Part shown: positions 47,311 through 60,477 of the stretch, piece by piece | How positions within the stretch are numbered: position 1 is the stretch's first letter | How the letters are laid out: every line of letters begins with the position of its first letter | Assembly: GCA_047495785.1 (NCBI GenBank) | Contig: JBLDXI010000019.1 | Location: 2,480,001-2,544,000, forward strand | From: Lepidodermella squamata | Lineage: Eukaryota > Animalia > Gastrotricha | Reading direction: 5' to 3' | DNA length: 64,000 nt | Made by a program: the position numbers and the translations under genes | The notes under the pieces: generated by a model | What the model was told of the DNA's origin: nothing | What the model saw: the letters and a program-made list of their open reading frames with translations, nothing else | The model's database searches: none

Positions 47311-48038
47311 GAGGACGTGGAAAGCTTTCGTCTATCCCCGTCGCCCCCTTGAAGTCAACAATTGATAGATTTATTTATTTATTTATTTAGAAGCTAAGAC
47401 AACCAAGAGAGGGCAGCTTGACAAAGTTTGAAGGAAAAAGCAGCAGATAATTTCAGGACAGGTTCAGATTTAGGACAGGAAAAGTGAACACAGTAAGAGG
47501 AAACTTGCTGTTGTGATATTCTTAGCATGTGTTAGTTTCGTTTTCGCCGGGAGTCGATCCAGGTGACGTTCCCAGGACAGTTACGTCAGATACCGATACA
47601 GATACCGATGTATTTCATCTCATTTACCTGTGGGATGCGCTGGCCATCAATCGTTAGCAGGACAGTTTAGGACGAAGCCCCATCGTGATGGCCTATAAAT
47701 AAGCATTCGCATTTTGAAGTGTTGGCCAAATTGAAACTGCAGTCAAAATTTGAGGGAAAACGTTTAAGTTGAAACTGAATAAAATAAAAACTCAATTTTT
47801 CGAAATTGTTCAGTTTCGCAATCTAGCAATGCTGAAAGGAGAGAAGGGAGTAAATTAACGAGGGCCATCAACCCCCTTTACCCCGTTTTTAACCCCGTTT
47901 TTACCCTCCATCGTGTAAAAACGACGTGAAACTTTGAACAATGGTGTATTCTCGCTGAACTTTCTGAGCATTAAACGTCGCATTTACATTTACACGAGTC
48001 AATATATTGGAAATAATAGAGAAAGATGTTTGATTGAC

Positions 48039-51000
48039 ATGTTGCTCGTTGCGGGCTGCACCCCTCCGACCGGTAGCGTATTCTTCTACTCGCTTTTTTA
48101 TCGCTAGCTGAATGTTCGAACCTTATATTTTGCTGTATTTTATAGCCCCGGTGGCTGCCGGAGGTTACCACTACAACATCTACCCCGGGAAATCAGTAGG
48201 CGCAGTAACACTAGGTTAAAATCTATCAGCCTACCTAGTTGGCAACATCAGTGCCGTGAAACTCGCTGTTAATTGTATGGCTTTCTGTAATTCCATCGAT
48301 TTGTGCAAGTCTGGGCAATTCAACTTGACTAGCCAGACATGCTGGTTGTGGAACTTCGAAGTTCCAAGCTCGCAAATAGCTCAGATTGTGGTCGATTCAA
48401 CTGCGACATCTTTCTCCATAACCTCTGATAGCCTGTTGAAAAAGTCGAAGCAATGCTCCTCGGAATCGACCAAATGTACCGAGACTGAATTGTGGCGTGC
48501 GATTTTGAAATCTGTTTGGAATTCACCAAGTTTAATGAAGAACATTTCGGACGACGAGATTCTCGACTACGACAATTCTTACGTCGGCGATCTCGCGTAC
48601 TCAGCGACTTCGACGAATCCAAACATGGAGATGGCTATGTTCGGTCGACTCTACGCGCGGCACATTTACTATTTTGGCCTGGCTAGCAACGAGACAGCTG
48701 GCGCTTGGATATTGATTGATCTTCAGCGAATCGTCTGGCTCTCCGAGTTTCAATTCTACTGCGTAGCCTGTTTAGAAAACTTGAGAATCGAATGCAGTTT
48801 CGACGGGTCCAACTTCTACCAGATCAACAGAGGACACGGAGACCCTGCAGTCTTCGGAACTTTCTACAAGACAACAACTATAAACCAATTGTTCCGACCG
48901 CATTTAACACGTTACGTGAAAGTATCAAGCGTGACAGAAACGCGAACACCGCCGTATTCAAGTCAAGGCAGGTTAGCATTTAAAGGCACAAAAGCTCAGT
49001 GTTTTGAACCTCTTGGCCTTGAATCTATGGAAATTGAAGATTCTCAAATGTCGACTGATCGTTTCCTTGCTGGGCCATATTACTCGAGGCTGAATTGGGG
49101 CATGGGCTCATTCGCTAACAGCATGCCGCTAACTATCGACCTCAAGAAGCAAACCTTGGTAACTGCTGTTCAATTTCAAGGCTGCGATCGGCTGAATTCA
49201 TGGGTGACCTTTTTCGGTTTGAGGTACAAATCTTCTTCTTCTGGCAACTGGGTGAAGTTTCAAGAAAGTAATGGCAAAACAGTCTTGGCGGGAAATACTG
49301 ACCCAGCGAATATAAAAACGGTCGTATTTCCGAAGCCGATACTAGCTCAATTCATTATAATTAATCCACTGGGCTATTCGGGTTCAACGCGCTGCTACAA
49401 GGTGGAATTACTTGGCTGCAAAAATGTACCACGATACAGTCCCAACTTAGCGTTCAAAGCCAGGATAGCTAAAGCCTATGTTGAAGACACGAGCACTCTC
49501 TTGGGATTCGCAAATTCCTCAGCTATTACGGCCAATCGAATCATACGCGAAAAAAGTTTCTTGAACTGTACCAAATTGAATTTTGGCACTCTGAATTTTC
49601 TCGACCGACCTTATGTTACGATTGATTTGGGCGAGGTTAGAACAGTGACTTCTGTCGAGGTTTCCACGCCACAGCTCGACCCCGAATTCACTTTGGTACC
49701 CGATGGCTACTGGCCACTAGATATCATGCATCGGGCTGATGACCTAAGTGGCAATGGAAATAATGGAGTTTTTTCAAATGGGCTGACCTATGGCTCCGGA
49801 GTTAATGGCAGGCCACTTTCAGCCCTCGAGTGGACTGGATTTGGCCGACTTCTGTTGCCTATGGACAATTTGGCTGTCGATAAACAATATGGCTGGACTT
49901 TTGCAACCTGGGTATGGCACACTGCTGGTACCTTGGTACTATTCGAATCCTACCAGGACAAGTAGGCTTTATTATCTTCCTAACACAATGTGAATATCAT
50001 TTTGTTTTACAGTTTTATCCAATGCTTTCGAATTTATATCAACGACACTGGTAAAATCTCCGTCGAACGAGCTCAGGGCGGTAACTACAGCAGCTCGTTA
50101 TTCATAAGTGGATCGGGCATGGGCAGTGAATCGCTATTACCAAAAAATTCGTGGCGTCATCTGGCAGTCGCGTTTGACTGCCAATCAAAGGTTGCATCAA
50201 AGGTTGTGTTTTCATCGATCGCGCAGACGTTGGCATCGCCTACATCGATTGCAACCAACAGGCGACCACCTTGAAAATCAACGCCTACCTGATCACTGGC
50301 GGCTCGTGGACCGGCAAGCTGGCTAATATTCAGATATACAAGCGGGCGCTGGAAAACGATGAAATCGAGCAAGCAGGGCAATCGATGTGGACCCGTGCGT
50401 GATTTATGCTTGCATCTGATAAATGTTTAAATTACACGTTATTTATAGCCCCGCCTCCAGCTGCCTTGTTCCCACTCGCCTGCTCCCTTGGAGATCTTGT
50501 TAATCCGAGCAGTGTGTTTACAGCGGCGGGAAGCCCTGTGTGCGATAAAATTATGAGCTACAGCAGAAGGTGAGTACGACGGATAAAAATGGGTTGAAAT
50601 TCGAAAATAAGTTAATTGTAAGTGCATCAGTACTGAAATTCAAGCCAAATCAAAGACTGGAATGTCAAAGATATCATGAAAGTAGTAGACCAAATTATAT
50701 CAATAGGCTGACTAGCTTAAAAGGCTCGAGTTAATAATTGATCTGCTTTTGATTCTTCTTCCATCGCATAGTGCATGGAGACTTACTCCTGCTACCAACT
50801 ACTTATACATCGCAGCAACATCGGCCAAGCTATCCTACAAATGGTCCATGACCCTTCTGATACACGTTCGGCCGTCGAATTTCGGCGGCGTCCTGCTCGG
50901 TTGGCTTGATTCCCATGCTTCACAATCGCAGTACACCGTCGGCTTGGGTGTATCATCATCTGGTTTCCCTCAAGTCACCTTCGCATGCGTCGGTAATGCA

Positions 51001-54000
51001 ACGCAAACAACTGTTACTTCGCCTGTCAAAATGCTGCTGAATCAATGGAATTACATAGGCTTCATTTACGATTATTCCAAGGCGACGGTTTACCTGGTCC
51101 AGGAAGGCGAGTTTGTTGCAGAAGCTCGGGCTAGGTGCTATGGAACTGGACTTCAAGCGAATGCAACCTTTTTCAGGATTGGTGGTCTGGGCAGCGTAAC
51201 AGCTAGTTATGCCTGTTTGATCTGGCATCAAACAGCGTTGTCTCGAAAATTCGTCCATTCTTCGAAACGCTGTCCAATCACGTCATCAAACGACATGAAG
51301 GCCATCTTAGTTACCCCTTCGATTTCAACTTGGGTTTGACGTCAATTGATGGTAGCGACCCTGTTATAGCGGTGACAGGGTCCAATGTGCCCGGGCTCGG
51401 TTTCCCCTGGATGACGGGGGATACAAATGTGTACCGCTCTTCGTACTCAGGTAACAACTATCTGTCGACGACTAGCTTTCCTCCAAGCTACAATGTTGCG
51501 TACAATACTACGCTCCCGCTGCCGCCCTACACAGTCGGCATCCATGCACTGCTGTTTGCAAACGCGACGCAGGATACGCAACCAGTCGTTCAATTGAGAA
51601 ATGGCGCGGCTGCCAGTTATGCGCTGCGCCTCTACTCGCCGTCGAATAACATTAAGTGTGATATACCGTGTACTAGCGGTTGGCAGACTTTGGAAATGAC
51701 GGGCATTGTAAATGTTAATTCGTGGCAACACTATCTGACAAGCTTCGATTTCACTCCCAATGCTCATCGGCATGCGTTATATCAGAACGGATTCATGCTG
51801 TTCACGCAGTCATTCAGCAACTGTGTTCCTTCGAGGATAGCTAACACGCTGACAATTGGGCGCGAATTCGTTTGTTTATCTCATCATTATACATTATAGG
51901 GTATTACTTCTAGCGGGACCAAATTTGACTGTAGTCGAACAAAATTCGCCCGTAAAAGCGGAATCAAGTTTTGTATGTTTAAAATCCACCATTTTCGGAT
52001 CTGTCAAGGATGAAATGATTGATCATCACTATAATTCAGTATTTATCATCGTAAAATTCTGTTTAAGGCGTATTCTGGACCTCATAAATAATTGCCCTGA
52101 ATTCGTAGAAATATTCAAGAAGCGGACTTTGGCTTTTGTCAAATTAGGCTCTGCTACCGTATTACCGCGCTTTGAATGTCATGCCACTATAGCTCGTTTT
52201 ACAGTGGCATGTCACTATGCCCCGTTCATAGTGTCATTCCAGATTGAATTTCAATGCAAAACATTAAATACCACTACAGTGAAACCTGTTATCTGGAAGG
52301 GCTACGGTTCCGAAAAATGCGTTCGACATACAGAGAGTTTCGACATGGAGAGAGAAATTTAGCTAATATGAACTTTAGGTTTTACTGTATAATCGAGGTA
52401 ATTCAAAAGAGGTCAAAAACCATGTTTCACTTTATAGTGGCATGACACTCAAAGCGCGGTAATACTGTAGAAAATATTTTGAAAATTACTTTTATTCCCA
52501 AAGGATGACGGTATAAGCCCCGGCTTTGATGGCATGATATCATGGCTAGTAATTTACCAAGCTGTAGTGGACCAATATCTGGCCATGGAGTTGGCTACAC
52601 AAATTCCAACGCCCAACATACGTTAGTTATTTATTGTTTCCAATATAATTAATATAATCAATCAAATTGAACAGTTGAGGGTCATGTTTGCGAGACAGAT
52701 TTAACAATGCTATCGTCTTGGAAATACTCTTCTAACTACTCCCTATCCTCACCGCCCTACGGAGTCTGCTCTAATTCAGCCGATATCCGTGGCTCGATGG
52801 CGTGTAGTTGGACGCCAGCGACTGCAACTTCCGCCCAGTATCTTATTCTTGATTTCCGCGAGCAAAAGATCTTGCACTCTATGGCAACAGCCGGAGACTC
52901 GACCAACAACTGTTTCGTCAGAACTTTGTACGTCTCCTACAGCACAAACGGCAACAGCTTTCTCTTATTTTATGATCGAGCTAAAGGCCTTGGATCGACA
53001 AAGGTATTAGATTGAGATTAAAATTCAGCGTCTATTCAGTTTTTTCAGATTTTCATCGCAAATAATGACTCGAGTACGGCGCAATGGAGTTTTTTTCGGC
53101 CTTACATTATCGCCCGCCATCTCAGAATACATCCACAATCTTGGAGCATCAATATTTGCCTGAAAGTGCGAATTCGAGGATGCGCACGTAAGATTAACAC
53201 ATTTGCCGCCTTTATCACCCTTCACCCCACCTTTAGATCAATTTTGCAACGTTGAGCTATACGACAGTGACGCCATTGCCAACGCCTCATCGGCCACAAA
53301 CCCGAGCGATTTCGTTAGAAATGACCTGAACGATTGGATTCCACTTGCCACAGACCGCCAGCCCTACTTTCAGATAACTTTCACTCAAGTGAAAATCATC
53401 AACATCGTATCAGTTCTATCTAGCTCAACTATGGCAGCCTGGATTAGGAAATATCACTTGTTGTTTCGGCTAACTGGGGACAGTAAATGGACTGCTTACA
53501 CATTCGCACACAATGGCTCGAGGATTCGAATTTTCGATGGCCCTTCGAGTGGACCGAACTCCGCTCCGGCAATAGCCTATCTTAAACCAGCGCTAGTCGC
53601 TGCTTCTGTTCGGTTGTATGTTGATGATTTCGTCCTTCAGCCGATTGGTCGATTCAGTTTCAAGGGCTGCAGCTATGCCGAGGTCGGAACGCCAATTTCC
53701 GGGCTTCAAATTGCTGTTTCTAACAACATACCAGCAGGTGGATCTAGCGATGCCGATACTTTGCCAGTTTGTAACAATGCCGCCCAGCCTAATGTGCCTT
53801 TTGATGGTAAAATCTCGATTCCTTGCTTTCCGCCTATATCAGGTCGATACGTCACAATAGTTCAACAGAGTCGTGGCTTAGATATGATGATTTGCAAAGT
53901 TGAGGTCAGCAGTGAAACAAGTGTGAATCTCGCATTTTTGAAGACAGTTACTTCCTCTAATTTCGATTCTACGACTAACGCTGGACTGACAGATGGATCG

Positions 54001-54339
54001 TTCGCTTTGCCCGGTAGTACGCAGCCGAATCCTGCTAGTCTATGGTTTCAGGTGGACTTGGGTCAATCGATTTTGGTATCGAAAGTAGTTCCAGTAGCTG
54101 CTGGTAACGCGATCGATTACTCAACGGCATCTAGCTTCGAATTGACAGCTAGCGTTGGAGATTCGGCTGTTGGCGCTAGCAATGCGATTTGCGACTTCAT
54201 TCGGGGTTATCGAATGCCGAACTATGTTCCTGGGCAATCATTCCCATTGTATTGTACACCGCCTATTCTTGGGAGATATGTTCGAATTGATAAAGACGGC
54301 CCGATGCAGATTCAATTTGCTGAAATTCTGGTGTACTGA
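48039..54339 (+). pseudogene. Large extracellular lectin-like gene: PAN/apple, F5/8 type C (discoidin) domains, three LamG/pentraxin-like domains, two more F5/8C, two fucolectin-like domains; appears disrupted
   Basis: PAN CMAFCN..LCKS..FN..SQTCWL; F5/8C motifs CFEPLG, LTIDLK..TLVTAV.FQG, KVELLGC; LamG motifs YWPLD, WRHLAVAFD, QIYKRAL; fucolectin motifs SGRYVTI, NLAFLK, WFQVDLG. In-frame TAA at 48217 and frameshifts near 50205 and 51310. The 5' end is uncertain. Confidence 0.65.
52277..52387. mobile_element. Very short Tigger/pogo-like MITE remnant
   Basis: TA-CAGTGAAACCT...AGGTTTTACTG-TA. Confidence 0.45.
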
Positions 54340-55899
54340 AATGGCTGAATCAATTTACTGGCATTTGATATGTATGTTTTAGCAGATTTGTTTCCGGTGA
54401 ACTGTTTTGAGATGGGTTCTTTTTCTTCGGTATAATTCTGGCCTCTTATACTGAGGGTAATATTACATTTCCTTCCCCTCTACGTTGTTCAACGTTGTTC
54501 ATTTCAACTATTCGCATTATTTATGTTCACAACTCCCAACATTTGTTGGGAAGTTCATGCCGATAACCTATCTGAATCACTAATGTATCATTAATTAAAA
54601 TTCAAAGCTGAAATAAACTAATGTGATTTGAAGGCTTGTTTTGGTGGCGAGTAGCTTCAGTCAGTTCTTTTATTGCATCTGCTAAACCCTTGACGGCGGC
54701 TTCGAAATTGTCCAATCTCTCTATTTTAATAAGATACTATATGTCATATAAGGCTATTTCTCCCAATAGCCGCTTGAGATATCTCAATGAGCAATCCGAA
54801 TTGTTCCCAGCGTCATCCAGTTAGTTCAATCAGTTTTTTTTAATTTTGAAACCAAGCAAGATTGCAGAATAGCCCTTCGCCTATCTAGCAGAGCCCATTT
54901 TCCCTAATAACTTGTTCCGTATCTGCGTGTTTTATGAGTTTCAAAGAAGCTAGCGTAATTTCACTGTAACTGTCTTCTGGCATTCTCCGTCCATTTACAC
55001 TCTTTAATAATCTATTAGCTGACCAATAGATAGGGCTATTCGGGCTCTTTAACATGTGATAGATTGTAATTAAATAACCCGAAGGCTGATGAAAACAACA
55101 GGCAAAAAAGTAAAAATGGCAGTAAATATCTGAGACTCCAGGGATTGCCTCAAGCAAATCTTCTTTGCTAACTTTAGTTGCAACTTCCATATCGGTCGAG
55201 CTATCAAAACAAGTACCCACATCAATACAGTAATCACAGTAAAGTCACCGCTGCGCCTTGGTTATCGCAGGGACCAGAAGTTTTAACGAGTTCTCAGCTA
55301 AGATAAACGAAGAAATTTGTGTTGATATACTGTTGATATAATGTATAATAAAATTGGAATGAATATGGGGAGAAACCTAAATTTTGATAGATTTTGCAGG
55401 CTTTGCTGAGAATGAGTTTTATCGCAAATGCACTTGCTCACGTTTGGGCTGGCCAACACAGACTTACTATGCAGATATCGGAAATCAATGAAAAATTAAA
55501 ATAAGGACCGATTTGGCTTGACCGCCTCGTGTTGAGAAGGCAGGCATCGGAATCGTAAATCATGATCGATTATTTGTTTTTTGTTTTCAAGTACAGTGCG
55601 TCAAGAATGTCTTTCGCGGATATTTTGGAATAGTAAGAAAAGCACAGCCCTTTTCAAACACGTAGATTCCGAATTCCGCATTCACAATGTCCTACATCCT
55701 AAGGATCCACCGCAAAATTTGCGTTTTCTTTGAATTCGGTTTTTCCCTTCGCACAGAGACGCGGCTGGTCTGGTACGCGCTACTGCTCCTTCGAACCTCC
55801 GACATTAATTAGTAATGTCACTCGGGAGATCATGGTTCGATTCCTTGCCGAAGAACTAGCTTGTTTCTATTGTGGAACCACTGGTAAGTTGAACCTTGG

Positions 55900-56173
55900 C
55901 GCGCACGCTGATTGGTCAATTTATCGTTGCTAATGACTCCGGAATGAAACATTTCCGTCGTGCGATCCACTAGTAAATTATTTTATATTTATGAAAAAAA
56001 TGACCTTGCCACACCCTCTGCCCGGTTTCCATTGACCACGAGCGTAAACTCCATATTAATTGTGGTAAATTGCTGCGGCAAAAAACACTTGTTGCAAAAA
56101 ATCTTATGGATCGCACGACAGAACGTTTCATCCGGGAGTCATAGCAACGATCGATTGACCAATCAACGTGCGC
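55900..56173. mobile_element. Inverted-repeat element; partial copy at about 28996-29190
   Basis: GCGCACG.TGATTGGTCAAT..ATCGTTGCTA.TGACTCC at 55901 and its reverse complement ending at 56173; the interior matches 28996-29140. Confidence 0.6.
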
Positions 56174-56220
56174 ATTGGATTGGACTTAAAAGTGGTCACA
56201 CAATGCTCCTCAATATTGAA

Positions 56221-56288
56221 GCTGAACTATGAAGCTCGAACACATGACCCTGACAATAAGAGTCCCAGAGCGATTGAGCTAACCGGGC
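56221..56288 (-). pseudogene. tRNA-Lys(CTT)-derived pseudogene or SINE head
   Basis: Reverse strand reads GCCCGGTTAGCTCAATCG..TGGGACTCTTATTGTCAGGGTCATGTGTTCGAGCTTCA, recognisably metazoan tRNA-Lys-CTT, with the D-arm 3' strand lost and acceptor and T stems broken. Confidence 0.7.
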
Positions 56289-56547
56289 TGTGACTGAATT
56301 CCTGAATTCTGTGACTGAATTCTGATCCTTAATCAGGCGCTTTTATCGGAGAAAATCGGAGAATTATTGTGCTGGAAACCTAAATTTATATAGCAGGGTT
56401 GACTTTCAACATAGAAGAATTCTGAGCAATAGTCACACTACAACATATAGAAACTTCGAAATCCATTACAAAGGTATTTTAGTTCTCTGCTTATCTTTCC
56501 TCAGTTTTCACTGAGCACAGAGAAATTATTTGTAATTTTCTTATTAA

Positions 56548-57857
56548 TTACGGTTTGTCAACAACCAGCAGCAACACACCAAAGTTTGCCATAAGTAGAA
56601 CAGAAATAAAAACGGTGACGAGGAATGCAATTATTTCCATCAAATCGATTAGTTTCAGCTTCCAACGCGTTACTTGCTTTTCTAGAAATTTCGACCTGTT
56701 ATCTCCATTGGTTAGACGGCAAGCCACGAGGCAATAAATCGTAACTCCAACGCCAACGCCGATCTGAATGCCATAATCAACCTCTAGTAGCACAGTTTGA
56801 GGAGTATCAGGAATGCGGTCGTTTACAACCGCTGTCAAGACAGATGCAGCGAGGAAAATTGTCATAGAAAAAGCTGGTCTGTCTGGCATTTCAGGCGGCA
56901 TGAAGAATACCGCCATTTGCAACAGGTTCAAAAGCAACATCGGAATAAATATCGATGACCAGTAACTGTCCTGCTTTCGCTCCATTGTAAATATAAAGCG
57001 AGTGATTTTTCCATTACTAGCTATTTCAGCAACTTTGCCAATCAATTTCCAGTTGTCGGTTTCAGTGAAGCCGCCACTGACCCCTTCGTCAGTTAACCCA
57101 AGTTCGTCGTTGATTGTAGCGAAACGAACCTCCGAGAATAAAATTTCGTCTTTCTCGCGAGAGTCGGCTGGTCCAATGCTTATCGAGCAAATTTGTTTGT
57201 CAAACGGAAATCTAGAGGATATGGCAAAAAATGTAGATGCGAAAAGGGATCTTTCACTAATCTCACTTTCTGACATTCAAAGAGCAGCTGCTATCGAACT
57301 GGGATAGCACCGATAACGCGGCTGACCCTTGTGAAAACACGGTAATCCTAGTTTCGGGAGGTCTATCGAACATAACTTGTATAACGCCGATGGCAAGGAA
57401 ATCTGACTTACAGTAGAAAAGGATTGGATGACCCGATTCGATTCATGAGCTGAATACGCGGTCTCCATATTTCGTCCATAGCGCGATATTTGCATTTCCA
57501 CGGCGCAACTTCCTCAGTGACATTTTTTCTGGGATTCTTCGCATATATGTCCCAAGATGCACAATTCGGCATATTCCACTCCATGTAGATTTCACCCTGC
57601 ATAGAAAACTCTTGATGCGCATCATTCAGTCCAGCGAAATTGCTCGGCTGAAACCAAATTGAGATATTCACTGCTTCGTCTTCGTTGCGAACAGGCTTAG
57701 CAGTTGGACTTCTTAAATAGGGACATTTTTTCTGGAGGCTAAGGCAGTATTCATCTGCCGGCGTCATTTGCCCATCCTGAAACGTGAGTGGGGCTATAAG
57801 GTCACCCGAAGCAGCCTCAAACGCCAACGCAATAAAGAGACATGCTAGAAAATCCAT
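56548..57857 (-). CDS. Divergent nAChR-like Cys-loop channel subunit, copy F
   Basis: Exons 57412-57857, 57267-57362, 56548-57211; intact. Confidence 0.85.
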
Positions 57858-59174
57858 TTTTCACTGAAGAGAAGCAACTCAGATACGCTGTGCAGCAGGG
57901 CTTCTCTTGCAAATTTACAGGTTTACCGCAAGTAAACATCGGAACGGCGGGAAATGTAATCACCAATATTCCAAATTGCCTCTACTTGGAACTTATACAC
58001 TATCTACTCTCTAGTAATCATTCCAAGCAAGGTTTATATTATATCTCCGATTGCGTCTTTCTTGCGTCTTCAGAATTACCTCTCCTATTGATAATCGCCT
58101 CTAGATGCTACAAATACTCCGCATCTAATTTTTTAATTGCAGCAGCTACATGGCGTTAAATTCGAGGAATCGTATGTATTCACACTTTTATTATGCATAT
58201 TTCAGATTTTTGATAAGTTTGCTGCTTTTGCCCACGAATTCGGAATCGGAAGGAATCGGATATTGCATATCGGGTTTCCTCTATTATGAATAAGTCGAAT
58301 CGAAGTAGGAACTTTGGCACCGCGCTATCGCACATAGGCGACTGCTTTCGATGACCTCAATTGGAAACTTCACATTTACCATGCCCTATAACAGTGTGGG
58401 CCAAATTCTCGTGGTTTCTCGTGCATCTCGTGCGTCGTTGCTACTTACCTTTCGCTCGTTCGCTTCATTGCGACCTTCGGGGCTTTTGCGTTCGCCTCAG
58501 CCGCCAAGACTCAGCTTCGTTGGAGGGGCTGAATAACAAATGCCTCCGTGCTATTCTACACGTTCGACTGGACGACCGTTTCTACAAACGCGTGCCGCGT
58601 GCATAGTATCTCCATCCTCCACCTTCTTGGCTACTGCTCCAAGTCGCTATGCTAGTTTGACATGTTCTGCCTTTGCGACATGTCAAACTAATGCCACTAA
58701 ATGAATACTGATATTTAGTGCTGAAACTCATTTTTAGGTGCCCAAATGATTTAGTGGGAGCTGTTTGTAAATTAGGTAAACGCACTCTCAAATTTGGTGC
58801 TGGAACCTCATTTTAAGTGGTGAACTTATTTAGACCCTTTGAAAAATTCTAGAAAATTGACGGAAGGCCGGCCGCAAATTCTGACCGATGCAGATAGAGC
58901 TCGAGGTTGATACTTCAAAATAAAAATATTTTCAAGAAAATCGAAGGCAGTGTGTTTTGAGGTAAATCGAGTTGAAGTATGGCCACCGGAATCACCACTT
59001 CACCATGCCACTGGCGTACATTTTGCCGTATTTTTTTGGTGATGCTGGAACTGGTCACGCGACAGTGGCATCACAATGTCACTGATAGGTAGAAATAATT
59101 GTCAGCTGCTTATCCCCCCTTACTTTTCACCGAGCACAGAGAAACATTTGTAACTGTCTCACTGATTACACTTG

Positions 59175-60477
59175 TTAGTCATCAAGCACCAGCATCAAAC
59201 AAAAAGCTGCATCGAGTAGAACAGAAATAAAAAGGGTGACGATGAATGCAATTATGTCCATGAAATCGATAAGTTTCAGTTTCCAACACGTTACTCGCTT
59301 TTCGAGAAACTTGGACTTGTTATCTCCATTCGTTAGGCGGCAAGTCACGAGACAATAAATCGTCACCCCAACACCAACGCCGATCTGAATGCCAAAACTA
59401 GCCTCCAATAGAATTGTTTGAGGCGTGTTTGGAATATTCTCAGTTACAATTGATGTCAGGACAGATGCTGCGAGGAAAATTGTCAAAGAAAAAGCTGGTC
59501 TGTCTGGCATTTCAGGCGTCATGAAGAAAACTGCAATTTGCAACAGGTTCAAAAGCACCATCGGAAAAAATATAGTTGACCAGTAACTCTCCGGCTTTCG
59601 CTCCAACTCTAAAATGAAGCGAGCAACATTACCTTCATTGGCTATTTCAGCATATTTGTAAATCAATTTCCAGTTGTCGGTTTCGGAGAAACCATCAGTA
59701 ACCCCTAATTCGGTAAACCCTAGGCCATCGAAGATTGTAGCGAATGTAGCTGCCGAGAATAGAATTTCATCTTTCTCGCGAGAGTCGGCTGGTCCGATAT
59801 TTATCGAGCAAATTTGTTTGTCAAACGGGAATCTAGCATAACAAAAAAATTCAGATATCTAAAATGATATCTTGGCTCGCACTTTCTGAAATTCAAAGAG
59901 CAGCTGGTATCGAATTGAGATTGCACCGATAACGCGGCTGACCCTTGTGAAAACACGGTAATTCGAGTTTCAGAAGGCCTGTCGAACAATTTTTATCTGC
60001 GGTTTATGCGTAAGCTAGTCAAACTTACAGGAGAAAAGGGTTGAATGACCCAACTCGGTTCATGAGTTGAATACGTGGGCTCCAGATTTCGTCTTTAGCG
60101 CGGTATTTGCATTTCCACGGCGCAACATCCCCAGTGACATTGTTGCCGGGATTGCGCGGATATATGTTCCAAGATGCGCAGTCTGGCATTTTCCACTCCA
60201 TATATATTTCGCCTTGCATGGAAAACTTCTGTTCCGCATCATTGAGCTCGGCGAAAGCGCTAGGCTGAAACCAGATTGAGATATTCACTGCTTCGTCTTC
60301 GTTTCGAACTGGCCTAGCAGTTGGACTTCTTAGGTACGGGCATGTTTCCTGTAGGTTATGGCAATATTCATCCGCCGGCGTCATTTGCCCACGGCCAAAC
60401 ATGGCTGGGGATATTAGGTCACCCAAGGCAGACTTGAACACCCAACACCCAATGACGAAACAAGCTAGAAAATCCAT
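59175..60477 (-). CDS. Divergent nAChR-like Cys-loop channel subunit, copy G
   Basis: Exons 60029-60477, 59883-59978 (GTGC donor), 59175-59832; intact. Confidence 0.85.

Noticed and set aside
54600-55220. Minus-strand 111-aa ORF and neighbouring coding-like fragments
   Set aside because: Multiple stops and no recognisable family; possibly a decayed gene, but unsupported.
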